NCBI GenBank assembly: GCA_965603825.1
Contig: CBFDEM010000002.1
Span: forward strand, 558,001 to 622,000
Reading direction: 5' to 3'
Length of the DNA: 64,000 bases
Source of the DNA: Blepharisma stoltei ATCC 30299
Taxonomy: Eukaryota; Protista; Ciliophora
Positions 44,101 to 54,834 of the stretch are shown here, one piece after another (positions within the stretch are counted from its first letter, which is position 1; the number at the start of each line of letters is the position of its first letter). The position numbers and the translations under genes were made by a program. A model generated the notes under the pieces. It saw only the letters and a program-made list of their open reading frames with translations, was not told the origin of the DNA and did not search any database.

Positions 44101-45564
44101 TTAATTTATTTCTGTCGAATTTTCATTTTTCCCTTCATTCTTTTTCTTTTTTGCCATAAATCTTCTAAGGGATCTTGTGAACTTTGGTTTTCTCATTATA
44201 GTTTCTCTTCTAACTGGCTTTTTCTCAAGCTCTCTTCTTTCCTTTCTTGTTGGTGCCCTAAGCTGTAGCATCCATTCAGGAATTTCAGCTCCAGATCTTT
44301 TCATAAGATTAACAATCATTCTTATATAAGGCGCATCTTCAAATGTATAGAACGTCACTGCTTTTGCTTCTCTTCCAGCTCTTCCTGCTCTTCCAACTCT
44401 GTGTATATAACCCACAACGCTTTGTGGAAAATCGTAATTTATTACCAAATTCACTCCTCGAAAATCAATTCCTCTTGCAATTAAATCTGTACATATAAGA
44501 ATCCAAATATTCCCAACTCTGAAGTTTTTGACAACAATATCTCTTTGAGCATCATTCATCCCTGCATGGATCATCCCGACCCTCAAATTATCATTTTTCA
44601 GCTCTCTAAACAGCTCTTTAGCTCTTTCTTTGGATTGTGTAAATATTAAGACAGGTGGCACCATTTCTCCATCTTGCACCATTTGTCTTAGCGCTATTAG
44701 CTTGCCTAATTCATTAGAGCAAAATGTTAGCTTCTGCTCCAAAGTACTTACAGTTGTGTTTTTCATCCCTACAATAATTTTGACTGGGTTAATAAGCATA
44801 GCTTTTGCGACTATTTCGACTGTAGGAAGCATGGTAGCTGAAAACATCATTTTTACTTGATTTTTTCGTGTGCATTTTTTTAAAATTGTGTCAATTTGGT
44901 CAAGGTAGCCCATATCGAAAAGTTGGTCAGACTCGTCAAGAATGATGTATTGGACTGATTTTAAAGTATCAGAATCAAGCTTGTGAACCAGTAGTAATGG
45001 GGTTGTCACTATGATATCATAATTGCTGCTCCATTCCTTTGGCTCTGGGGATTTCTTTGATAATAAATGAACTCGTAAGTTTGTCCCTTCGCTTAAGACC
45101 AAAATTTCTTTATATAGCTGTCTTGCCAGCTCTTTTGTAGGCCCAATAATCAGCGCTCTTAATCTTTTAGGCTTCCTCAGCAGTGAAATCAGTGGCAAAG
45201 CAAAGCTTAATGTTTTGCCTGTCCCAGTCGGAGCAATTGCAATCAAATCTCTTTTATTAAGAATACAAGGAATTGCTTGCATTTGGACTGGAGTTAAATT
45301 TTCATAAAGTTCCCCGATTACCTTTTGTGTGTTTTCTGGAAAATTATAGTTATTAAAAATTTCCTCAAAGCTCTTTATTGGTTCTGGAATATCAGAGCCG
45401 TCTACTGAAATATGGAATTCCTTCCTGACATCTTCAGTTTGAGGGCTCGAAACTTCAGTTTTTATCTTTTTATATGGCTCAGATTGCTTAAACAGCGCAA
45501 TATCACTGCCAAACCTTTTCCTATCGAATGAGGTCCCGTCCTTTAAAATGCTAAAAACATCCAT
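44101..45564 (-). CDS. DDX52: DEAD-box RNA helicase DDX52/Rok1, 487 aa
   Basis: Q-motif, APTGTGKT, PTKELA, DESD, SAT, PPVLIF.QSKERA, HRVGRAGRAGR. Confidence 0.93.
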   Translation of the reverse strand: MDVFSILKDGTSFDRKRFGSDIALFKQSEPYKKIKTEVSSPQTEDVRKEFHISVDGSDIPEPIKSFEEIFNNYNFPENTQKVIGELYENLTPVQMQAIPCILNKRDLIAIAPTGTGKTLSFALPLISLLRKPKRLRALIIGPTKELARQLYKEILVLSEGTNLRVHLLSKKSPEPKEWSSNYDIIVTTPLLLVHKLDSDTLKSVQYIILDESDQLFDMGYLDQIDTILKKCTRKNQVKMMFSATMLPTVEIVAKAMLINPVKIIVGMKNTTVSTLEQKLTFCSNELGKLIALRQMVQDGEMVPPVLIFTQSKERAKELFRELKNDNLRVGMIHAGMNDAQRDIVVKNFRVGNIWILICTDLIARGIDFRGVNLVINYDFPQSVVGYIHRVGRAGRAGREAKAVTFYTFEDAPYIRMIVNLMKRSGAEIPEWMLQLRAPTRKERRELEKKPVRRETIMRKPKFTRSLRRFMAKKKKNEGKNENSTEIN

Positions 45565-45604
45565 ATTATAAGTTCTGATATAAATCCATTAATAATTCTG
45601 TAAG

Positions 45605-45910
45605 ATGTCCAGAAAGTATCTTGATCGACTTACAGAAGGCTCCATGGTCAGCTCCGAAAAGGTCAAATCTAAATTTGGCGAGAAAATGCTGAAGAAGATG
45701 GGCTGGAAAGAAGGAGAAGGCCTAGGAAAAAACAAAACTGGAGAAGTCGAGCCTATTCAGGTCAGGAAAAGGAAAGAAAACCTTGGAGTCGGTGGCGAGG
45801 CTACGACAAAGCCAAAGTGGAACCACAACTGGTGGGAGGAACTCTTCAATGACACAGTTAAGAACATTAAAGTTGACATTCCTAGAAAAAGAATAAAAGT
45901 TGAAAGTTAA
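45605..45910 (+). CDS. Small G-patch protein (GPATCH4/Tma23/PINX1-like), 101 aa
   Basis: FGEKMLKKMGWKEGEGLGK..GVG; WWEELFN. Confidence 0.9.
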   Translation: MSRKYLDRLTEGSMVSSEKVKSKFGEKMLKKMGWKEGEGLGKNKTGEVEPIQVRKRKENLGVGGEATTKPKWNHNWWEELFNDTVKNIKVDIPRKRIKVES

Positions 45911-46006
45911 CCATAACTTTAACGATTTTTACTACGTCATTTAGAGGTTTTCGTTGGTTTTCGCTAAAAGTCTGCATAATCCCATTTTACATTTTATATT
46001 TAATTC

Positions 46007-46669
46007 ATGTCTATTTATAGTGGATTTGCAACAAGAAACCTTGAAACAGCATATAATAATGGAGTGTGTAACCTTATTCAGCTTATTCAAACGAACCTAT
46101 TATATCTATTAAAAGGAGGTATCTTCTAATCAGAGCCAATTGATACTGTTCTTTTAGCAGCCTCATTCACAAAAACTTTTAGAGAACTAAAACGTCTGGA
46201 AAAAAGAAAACATCTCCAGCCAAATTTCACGTCCTACTGCAACGATATCGCACTTTATTTTGGAACTATGGTAGTTTCTATGCAGGATAAGCCTCTATCG
46301 CAAGGAGGGTCTTCTGTAAGCTCAATCACAAGAAAAGAGTTTGATGCACAAGTTTTTAATGATTCCTTTAGCTTTGAAGAAAGGAAGCATAGATTCACGC
46401 CTGTTCACATAGCGTCAGAATTAGAACCAGTCACAGAAAAAAGGAGTCTGAAAAGAAGAGTTATGTCAAAAGATACATTAAATAGAAAAGAGTCAGAGCC
46501 AAGGCTTTCAGGCTCTCCGCTAGGCAGAGATATTTATCCTTTGTCTCTTAAAACTCCTCAACCTTATAAATCACAGAAATTTAAGTCGTTTAAGCCCGAA
46601 AAAGCTTCACAAATATATCAGCAACGAGCTTTTCTCAAGCTAAATAAAGAGCTTGAAAGCTTTACTTAA
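46007..46669 (+). CDS. Hypothetical protein, 215 aa (intron 46119-46133)
   Basis: ATG 46007 (MSIYSGFATR) is in frame with the track ORF after removing the intron. Confidence 0.75.
46119..46133 (+). other. 15-nt intron
   Basis: GTATCTTCTAATCAG; in-frame TAA. Confidence 0.78.
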
Positions 46670-46721
46670 GGCATAATAAGTGATGATTTATTTGCCAAGA
46701 ATAATTTAACTAGCTTATTTA

Positions 46722-48281
46722 TTATTGGTCTATGTCTTTCTCGACGTACCTGTAAACATGCCCAGCTGGCGTATAAACGTATTTCTCAACAGGTATGAAG
46801 GTTTCACGATTGAATAGCAAGAAAAGATACTTCAGTGTCTTGCTTAATAAGGAGTCTGGCATAACACCTGACAACTCCATATTTGTTTTAAGGTTGCTGT
46901 ACCCATAAGGAGACCTGCATTTCTCAACTATCTGAGTATAAACAAAGTAGGCAGCTTTTCTATACATTTCATCACCAGTCAGCCTAAATAAATGCAAAAG
47001 TCCATCAAAAATATCAGGGAGGATAGTGAACCCTTTTTCTTCAAACTCCATCCCCTGTCTGGTAAACTGAACATAGTTAGGAGCTAAATTGTTTGGAGCG
47101 TCTAAGTACATATGAATGCAAGTTTCCATAAGCCTTTTAGCTAAAATTACTTCTGAAGCATTGTAGCCTAGAAGCTTGTTTTCAATAGCTAGCTGTCCAG
47201 CAAATGCGCAGGTAGCTTGATGCATCCTATAATTGTGCTCAGGTCTGTCCATTCCTCTGGAAGCTATAAAAAGCTCGCCTCTTTCTGTCTGCAGGGTTAG
47301 GTTTCGAATGATAAAGTTTTTATTTTTATCGTACATTTCTTTGATATTGAATGCTGTTTTGTTAGATAAAATCCATGCATTAAATAGATTTCGTTGAATA
47401 TGGACGCTGTCTTGATCCATTGTGAAAGGTCCTGCAAATTTCAAAATATCGAACTTAAAGTCTTGACTTTGTAAATAAACAGGTAAATACTCATGGAGGA
47501 TCTTTTTCTCGTTAAGCAGTTGGTCAAATTTGCCAGTGATATTCAGGAATCTTTCATCACCAGTGTATTTATAAAGCAGTAAAGCTTCAGCTTGATTGGA
47601 AATATCAGAAACCTTCATGCTTCCATGGCTTAAAGTCCCTTCTTTTTTGACACGATCGTAGCTCTCAAAAGGAAGGTATTCTTTATAGCTAAAAATCTCA
47701 GGCAATAGCTCTCCAGCTTCTTTTGCTTTCTCTAGCAACCCTTCTTTTTCACTAACATAAAATCCTCCTAGCAATCCACCTATCACATCTTTTACATAGT
47801 CTGCAGTCTTAAATTGTCCCTTGGGTAGAACTCCTTCTTTTTCGACAATTTTTAAAGCCTCCTCAAAAAGCTCTTCAGTCCCCATCAAATAAAGAGTATC
47901 TAAATTTGCAAAAAACATATGAGAAATCCCTCCTTTAGGGTTTTCTCCTGCCCCAGTAACAGGGTTCATGGTATCATTTCCCAAAGCTAGTGTGATGTAT
48001 TTTTTCCAAATATAATTAAAATCCCTCACAAATTCAAATGTTCTGCCTTCAAGAAAAGTCACATATGTAGAGTAGGCGAAATCATTTAGATCCCGCTTCA
48101 TGCATTGAGACTGATACTTATCCCAGGAATTCACATACTCTCTTATCACTGGGCGTTTGCATGAGTGCTCGTGGTATTTATCGTCTTCAAAAGATTTGTA
48201 GATTAACTGCTCAAGGTCTCCTTCGAGCTTTCTGACAGCTCCAAAGGCAAAAGGTAGTAGGACAAGCAGAAAAAGCGCCAT
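46722..48281 (-). CDS. Secreted GH47 alpha-1,2-mannosidase-like protein (degenerate active site), 519 aa
   Basis: Signal peptide; LDTLYLMG, IGGLLG, HQATCAFAG, LFRLTGDEMYR, TLKYLFLLF. Confidence 0.85.
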   Translation of the reverse strand: MALFLLVLLPFAFGAVRKLEGDLEQLIYKSFEDDKYHEHSCKRPVIREYVNSWDKYQSQCMKRDLNDFAYSTYVTFLEGRTFEFVRDFNYIWKKYITLALGNDTMNPVTGAGENPKGGISHMFFANLDTLYLMGTEELFEEALKIVEKEGVLPKGQFKTADYVKDVIGGLLGGFYVSEKEGLLEKAKEAGELLPEIFSYKEYLPFESYDRVKKEGTLSHGSMKVSDISNQAEALLLYKYTGDERFLNITGKFDQLLNEKKILHEYLPVYLQSQDFKFDILKFAGPFTMDQDSVHIQRNLFNAWILSNKTAFNIKEMYDKNKNFIIRNLTLQTERGELFIASRGMDRPEHNYRMHQATCAFAGQLAIENKLLGYNASEVILAKRLMETCIHMYLDAPNNLAPNYVQFTRQGMEFEEKGFTILPDIFDGLLHLFRLTGDEMYRKAAYFVYTQIVEKCRSPYGYSNLKTNMELSGVMPDSLLSKTLKYLFLLFNRETFIPVEKYVYTPAGHVYRYVEKDIDQ

Positions 48282-48309
48282 TTATAACACGTGTTAAATT
48301 AAACAATTA

Positions 48310-49830
48310 TTAGTTTATGTGACGTAAATCTATCGTAACAGAGTTGTCTTTGGAGATATCAGATTTTGTGGGCTGGTAAACTGTGGAGTCTTGGTCTATG
48401 TACTCAAACATTTCAATGGTCTTGGACTTGAATTTTTCTAAAGCGATTGGGAGGTTAGAAGGGATAAAGTCGTGAAGAGTGACATCTCCTTGGACTTGGT
48501 ATAGAAGTCTGGTCAGAATTCCTGAAAGCTGAGATAATAGGTATTCTTGACGCTTTATACGCTCTATGGTCAGTTCTCGATGCCTTTCTGTGTCTTCAAT
48601 TTTTTTGAGGATTTGAGATTCATAGTCAATTTTAGGCTCAACCCAGCAATTAAGCTTGGTTATATTGCAGGTACCTTTTAGTTGCTCTAGCTCTTTTCTT
48701 TTGTTTTCAATTTTTGATTCTAGATCTGCTTTTGAGCTATTTAAAGCAGCTGCTGTTTCTTTAAGCTGGCTGTAATACTCTGAGATTTCTTCAATAGAAT
48801 TTACTTTTGCATGCTTTTTTAGCTGACTGAATACAAGATCTTGCCGTTTAATATAATTCAGGCAAGAGTTAAACTCAGCTTCTAGCTGTTCTTGGTCGTT
48901 TACTTTTTCCAAATCATTTTCAAGCTCTTGAATTTGCATTTCTTTTTCATTGACTTTATTTTTTATTCCATTTTGAACTTGCTGCTTCTTAAGGAATTCC
49001 TCTATAAGCTTTTTTTCTTCATACTCACTAATAAAATTGTCTTTTTTATTTGTTGCAATTTCTTTCTTTTCTTTTGAGTTTTCTACAAATCGTTCTGCTT
49101 TTAGTCCGACTTTTCTAGTATAGGCTTCATATCTTCGCCTTTCGGCTGTATATTCTTGGATTTTTATAATGACTTCTTCTTTTTCTTCTTTTAATTTCCT
49201 TATAGTTTCTTTGATGTTTTTAATACTATTTTGCCTTTGAGATATCATATAATTTAGGCTTGCTTTAATCAAAGCTGTTTCATTATAATCTTCTCTTGCA
49301 GTTTCGATTTTAGCTTTTAAATCTTCTACTATATTTTCCATCCTTTCCCCTTCTTTCGCCATAGTTAAATTTGTAATGATTTGCAGCTTCAAACTTTTGA
49401 GTTCATCTTCTTTTAATTTTTTCAGAAAAAAAAGTTTGTTTAATGCTCTTTTTTTATATTCGACATCATTGCCAAGTGTGCATGTAAAATCTTGAGAGCT
49501 TTTGCTTTTTTCTAATTTTTTGATGGTTTCGACTAATTCTTTTGGATTTGAATATAAGTTTCCTAGTCTTTCTGTAACAGATTGATCAATAGTTTGTAAA
49601 AGCTGGTTTGTGCTTTGGTTGCCGTAACTCTGTGCTCTCATGTTGGATTTAGAGCGCAGTCTTGTGCTTTTGGAACTGCTTATACGAGAGGATTCTGGAC
49701 TTGCTGTTTTTTGACGAGCTATTAATGATAACTTGGGAAGCCTAGTAATTGCTCTTCTGATTGTGTGAGCTGAATTAGGTTGCTCTTGATTTATTTGAGT
49801 TAATACAAAAGTTTCAGATGGCTCATACAT
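48310..49830 (-). CDS. Long coiled-coil protein, 506 aa
   Basis: Uninterrupted K/E-rich ORF. Confidence 0.8.
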   Translation of the reverse strand: MYEPSETFVLTQINQEQPNSAHTIRRAITRLPKLSLIARQKTASPESSRISSSKSTRLRSKSNMRAQSYGNQSTNQLLQTIDQSVTERLGNLYSNPKELVETIKKLEKSKSSQDFTCTLGNDVEYKKRALNKLFFLKKLKEDELKSLKLQIITNLTMAKEGERMENIVEDLKAKIETAREDYNETALIKASLNYMISQRQNSIKNIKETIRKLKEEKEEVIIKIQEYTAERRRYEAYTRKVGLKAERFVENSKEKKEIATNKKDNFISEYEEKKLIEEFLKKQQVQNGIKNKVNEKEMQIQELENDLEKVNDQEQLEAEFNSCLNYIKRQDLVFSQLKKHAKVNSIEEISEYYSQLKETAAALNSSKADLESKIENKRKELEQLKGTCNITKLNCWVEPKIDYESQILKKIEDTERHRELTIERIKRQEYLLSQLSGILTRLLYQVQGDVTLHDFIPSNLPIALEKFKSKTIEMFEYIDQDSTVYQPTKSDISKDNSVTIDLRHIN

Positions 49831-50121
49831 TTATTAATCACTTTATTATTAGCTTCAACATTCAACGTGAATGCATTATCTAAATAGAAAAATAAACTTA
49901 TATTAAAATAATAAGTTAATTTTTTCTAGAGGCTATGACATAGATTAAGCAACATGAATTTAGTTATACTGTAAACTTAATTTATCTATTTATAAAATTT
50001 ATAAATTAAATTTTCCAATCAGCAATAATTATTCTAATTTTGCCTTACAAACATATTCAATCTTATTCGCATATATTTCTATATAGCTAAATTGCTCTCC
50101 AAGTTAACTTAGTTGAATATT

Positions 50122-51402
50122 ATGGCGAAGCTCAGAGCAAGCAGTCCCGAAAAATCATTCTACGAATTGGTCATAAACATCCACTATATCCACGCTCAGC
50201 TTCCAGATCGTGATCTCATCAAAATCCAAGCCAAACGCGGGAACGAAATCCAAGAAACCCAGCCAATGCACTATAATTCCACAAATGGTTCCATCATTTT
50301 TGAATACCCCTTAACCTTCGAAATCCCCATATCTAAATACAAGCAACAATTAGAAAACCGAAAAGTCAAGCTCAGCATGATAGAGCTGCGAGGCAAAAAA
50401 GAAACTATAAATGGCAAGGCTGAGATAGATGTTTCTCCTTTACTTTCTGGTCTGAAGCTAGATCGTGAAGAAGTTCCTTTGAAGTCTTGTACTGATAAGC
50501 TTGCAATTATATGTGTGAGTATTGATTTAATTACAGTAAGAGACAAGCGGTCAAGCACATTAATTCCTGCTTCTGCCCAAGAGACTGAAGAAGAGCTTTC
50601 CTTGCAGAAAATTATTGAAACGGAATGGAGGATCAAGAGTGAAGTAGCAAGGCCAACTATAAACACGAAAACACAAGTAGAGGAGGAAGAAAGAGATACT
50701 GCAAGAAGCACGATAATTTCAACGAAAGGAGAATTGGCTATGTTTTGGGAAGAGTCACCATCAATTTCGTCAATCGATGAAGAGATGGAAGTGACGAGAA
50801 GGAGGGTGGCGAGGAGTGGGACTATGCCTACGTTAACGAGAGAAGAAGTTTTCCATAGGAAGGTAGTAGAACCCAAAAGCGCTATAGAAGTATTCACTAG
50901 TGCCGATGAAAATGTTGAGCAAACTAAGACAGAAGAAGACTCTTCAGAAAAAGATAATAATTTCGATCAAAATTTAGAAAAATCTCCTGAAGTAGTTGTA
51001 ATCCCACCGTCCATTATATCAGCTGACCCAAATTCTCCAAGCAAACTAGATGAAATCCCTACAAGAGTCAAATCCGCAACAATTTCCGCTCCAATTTCTC
51101 CAAAACTTAGATCAGAATCCATGTCTCCTAAAGCCAAGCTATTTTTAGACATAGATGCTGCAAAAGAAAAAACAATAAACCCTAGACAGTCAATGGTGGA
51201 ATCTGAAGACTCCAGCTCTGAAGAAGATTTAGTAGATGTCAGTGCAGAGATTCTTCCAAGCGATGATATAAAACCAATTTCAATCTTGAAAAGTGTTCAG
51301 CCCAATTTAAGGAGCCAAGACATGTTTTTAGAAAAAAAAGAATTGAGCTCAGGAATCCATTCAAAAAGAAGTTCTACATGCTCTGGGTGCAGCTTGCAAT
51401 AA
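50122..51402 (+). CDS. NT-C2 (EEIG1/EHBP1-type) domain protein with C-terminal CaaX, 426 aa
   Basis: N-terminal beta-rich C2 pattern (KIQAKRG..INGKAEIDV); acidic disordered tail; ends CSGCSLQ. Confidence 0.72.
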   Translation: MAKLRASSPEKSFYELVINIHYIHAQLPDRDLIKIQAKRGNEIQETQPMHYNSTNGSIIFEYPLTFEIPISKYKQQLENRKVKLSMIELRGKKETINGKAEIDVSPLLSGLKLDREEVPLKSCTDKLAIICVSIDLITVRDKRSSTLIPASAQETEEELSLQKIIETEWRIKSEVARPTINTKTQVEEEERDTARSTIISTKGELAMFWEESPSISSIDEEMEVTRRRVARSGTMPTLTREEVFHRKVVEPKSAIEVFTSADENVEQTKTEEDSSEKDNNFDQNLEKSPEVVVIPPSIISADPNSPSKLDEIPTRVKSATISAPISPKLRSESMSPKAKLFLDIDAAKEKTINPRQSMVESEDSSSEEDLVDVSAEILPSDDIKPISILKSVQPNLRSQDMFLEKKELSSGIHSKRSSTCSGCSLQ

Positions 51403-51823
51403 TTTTATATTTTTAATATTGAATAATTGAAAGCATTTTTGTCAATCAATTAATTATTTTCTTTAAATTCACTTTTGAATATCATAAGCCAAATTTGCAT
51501 TAACTGTGATTTGGATTGAAACTTTAATAAATATTTTTCAAAATCGATCTCTTTAATAGACATAAATGCCAATAAAAAATTTAGTATAAGATATCAACAA
51601 ATCTTGAAGTAAAATTCTCTATACCTGATTAATAATAAAATCCTCCACACACATATTTCCATTATTCAATAAAATAACTCTTAAAGTATTTTTCATCCTA
51701 TCCTCTATATCCTTTTATATCCATTTTCTTGACTCTTGACTTTTTTTTATCTCTTTTTCTGTTCTGCTCCATCCACAAGATACCTATTCGTTTTAAGTAA
51801 TTAAGAATCCTCATTATAATTAA

Positions 51824-53254
51824 TTATCTTCTCCCTTTACCTTGAGGGACTGTTTTACGTGAATCAACTGTCTTAATACTTTTTGAGTTTTCTTCATCTG
51901 CTGATAGCACTTTATGTCCAGCATTTTTAAGGAAGTTAACTTTTTCATCCATAACTTTTCGGATATCCTCTTTAGGGCCTTCAGGTTTCGCAATTTTTTC
52001 CCTCCATTTTTTGCATAAACTGCTTGCCTTTGTCTGAATTTCGCTGTTTCTTGAGTCTTTGCTGAGTTTGTTAATAGTGCTCATAAGTGGTTTCATTTCA
52101 TCGATTATTTTTTCTGGGAAAGAGTCTCCAACTCTTCGTAGCTGGGCTAAGATTTCTACATCAGATGCCTTTGCGATGGCTTCGTCAAGTCTCTTTTTTA
52201 GTCTGCCCCAGTCCTCAGCAGGTTCTTTTTCTATGAATCTTTTATAGGTCTATATAAAAAATACTTCTTTCAGACTTTTTACCAATTTTGTGCCTTTGTC
52301 TTTGACAGCTTCGTTTTCTACAGTTTTACAGTAACTCAATAGACTGGTCGGGAGTTTGGTGTCTACAAGGATTTTATATGAATAATCGCTGGGATTTGAA
52401 ATAAAGAGTCTTTCTAAAGTATCAAGGATTTCAAGAGAAATAGTAGTTTCTACATTCCCGATATCATCAATCATCTTTTTTACATTTTCAAAAGACAGCG
52501 TAAGTGTGCTATAAGAGAACTTTTCTTCAATGTCCATTTTAGTGTCCTCCTCTGACTTATTTTCTTTCACATCTTCATCTCCCTCATCTTCAGTGCCAAA
52601 AATCGAGTTTTCTGAAGACTCGTCCCCTTCTGAATCAAAAATTTTTTCTTTTTCGTTCTGGATTTCTGACTCTTTTTTTGCCTGTGTTTTTGGTTCTCCG
52701 TCGACCTTTATTTTTACCTTTGTGTCTTCGCTGGGCTTTGGTTTTGGCTCATCTTCAGTTTTATTTTTAACTTTTTCTTCTTTGGGTTTCTCTTTTGTTT
52801 CTTCTTGCTTGGATTTTTCGCTTTCTTCAGATTCACTTTCTTCCTTTGGCTCAGGGACTTTTTTGTTGCTTGGCTTTATTAAAGAGTCTAGTTTTGAAGA
52901 GTCATAACTTTCCTCTTCTGAGTCGTTATCAGCTTTTCTTTTTTTTTGAGGAGCTGGTGGCTTATGAGGTATTGCTTCTGGCTTTTTCTTTGTTGGGGCT
53001 GACGTGGCTGGTCTTTTCTTTGGAATTGGACTTTCTGAGTCAGATTCAGACTCTTCGTCAGAAGCTGGTTTGTTTTTTGGCTTCTTAGGGATGGCTTTTG
53101 TGCTGAGCTCAAGCTTGGAGTAGAATTCTTTGATTTTCGATAAGAGCTTGCCTGCACTTGAATCTATCCGAGATTTGAACTCTTTTTGATAGGATTCACA
53201 TTCGTTTTTGAAAGTCTCGAGTAATTCGTCAAGTGGATTGGAAGAGGGGTTCAT
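51824..53254 (-). CDS. Charged nuclear protein with TFIIS N-terminal-like helical domain(s), ~471 aa (intron 52250-52264)
   Basis: INKLSK..EIQTKASSLCKKWRE resembles the TFIIS-N/Med26 end motif; two ORFs join via the intron. Confidence 0.68.
52250..52264 (-). other. 15-nt intron
   Basis: GTATTTTTTATATAG; in-frame TAG. Confidence 0.82.
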
Positions 53255-53809
53255 ATTTTTTAATAGTATTATAATAAGCAGGATTGCAAGCGCTTCATGA
53301 CTGATAGAACAGAAATTTTAAAAGCATTTTAATGGAAAAAATTATGGTAGAGAGAGGCTGATGGAAATTGATTGCTTTGAAAGGGCAACAGATAACATAG
53401 GTAATGAATAGAAATGCATATGAAAGGAGGCAGAATATTAGTAATTTTAATAAATTTCTATTAATTTTTGTAGAGTTTTACATTGCTAGAAATTCTTTTG
53501 CCATTTTCAAATATTCAGCTATGCAAAAAATCAATTAAAACTTATAAGTTCAACTTTCAGTTTTAAAAATACTTCTAAATTTGCCAGCGGCTTTTTTATT
53601 TTATTTTTCAGTTGTTAAATTCGTTTGTCTTATGTCTAATATATATAACTCAAAACAGCAAAAACATTATTAAATTTTAAAATGCACAAATAATATTGAT
53701 GATTTGCACCTAAACTTTTATTTTTACCATAAAAATAAATTAATAAGCTTTTCCAGAATATTCATCAGGGTTAATTAAATTCTCATACAATCAGCCATTG
53801 TTTATAATT

Positions 53810-54598
53810 ATGATAAAAAACTTGAGAGGAAAACAACAAAGTTGCACTCCCACTGAATCCTCAATTTTCTTAAACTTGCCTTGAGAGCCAAGTGCTGAAT
53901 TTCTAAGTAAACCAAACATACAAAAAGTTGTATATTCTGAAAGAAATTTAAAGAAACCAAAAAAACTCTTTGTCAAGCGCTTTGCAAATAAAAGGACTTC
54001 TCTTATTGTATCTCCTCAAAGAGAAAACCAAGACAAATTTCTAAAGCCTGAAGCTAAAAATACATTAAGGCTATACCCAAACTCTTACCACAATCATTCA
54101 AAATCTCAAGTCGCATTTCAGTCGATTTCACCCAGGATTTCTTCCCCTAAACCTGAAGAAATTTATACAGATAATAACGTAATGAAACTAAGTGTATTCT
54201 CAAGCGAAAAAAAGAGAAAAAATTGAGACACCAAGCAAGCGCTTCCTTTATCAAGAGTTTCTCCTGATTTGACTAATGAAAAAGTAGGATATTCGATCAC
54301 TAAATATTCAAGGCCATTTTATATAACAAAAATCAAAGACGAAGACAAAGAAGAATTTTTACCGAACGTGAAAAATGAAAATCTTGAAAAATTTTTAAAT
54401 AGATTTGATAGTGATTTCTCATCATATGGTCCGCCAAAAGGCCGAAAAGGGCTGAACGGATGGAAATTGACGAATAGGCTTACAGATAATCTAAGCCCAA
54501 AGATTTCAAAGGGAGTCTACCTATCGCGGCCTTCAAGCAAGATGAGCTCATTTTTGAACAACCGAAACACACCTGTCGGTTTTGCCAAGTATGTTTAA
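53810..54598 (+). CDS. Hypothetical basic protein, 262 aa; 2 TGA=Trp
   Basis: Open from ATG 53810 to TAA 54598 when TGA=Trp. Confidence 0.72.
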
Positions 54599-54834
54599 AT
54601 AATTAAAGAGATTTTGAATATAATAATTCTGTATCATTTTTATTTAACGCAACCTAAAATAAGCTTATGAAACTCCTCAAATTTATCTATTAAAAGATAT
54701 TTACTTCTTATTTAATATTATAAGAATTCTTCTTTAAATTAATAACACTACGCACCTATAGCACATAAAGAAAAAATCATCGCTTTATTCAAATCTTTCA
54801 CAAATAATGAATTCAACTCAATTATTAACCATTT

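Noticed and set aside
51690-51840. Possible 57-nt intron (51784-51840) extending the TFIIS-N-like gene
   Set aside because: The length is inconsistent with every other intron here, the gene has a normal TAA at 51824, and there is no homology support.
53281-53450. Purine-rich segment with CTGA/ATGA motifs as a possible C/D snoRNA or upstream exon
   Set aside because: No clear box C with terminal stem, and the TFIIS-N-like frame hits a stop at 53318 with no upstream ATG.
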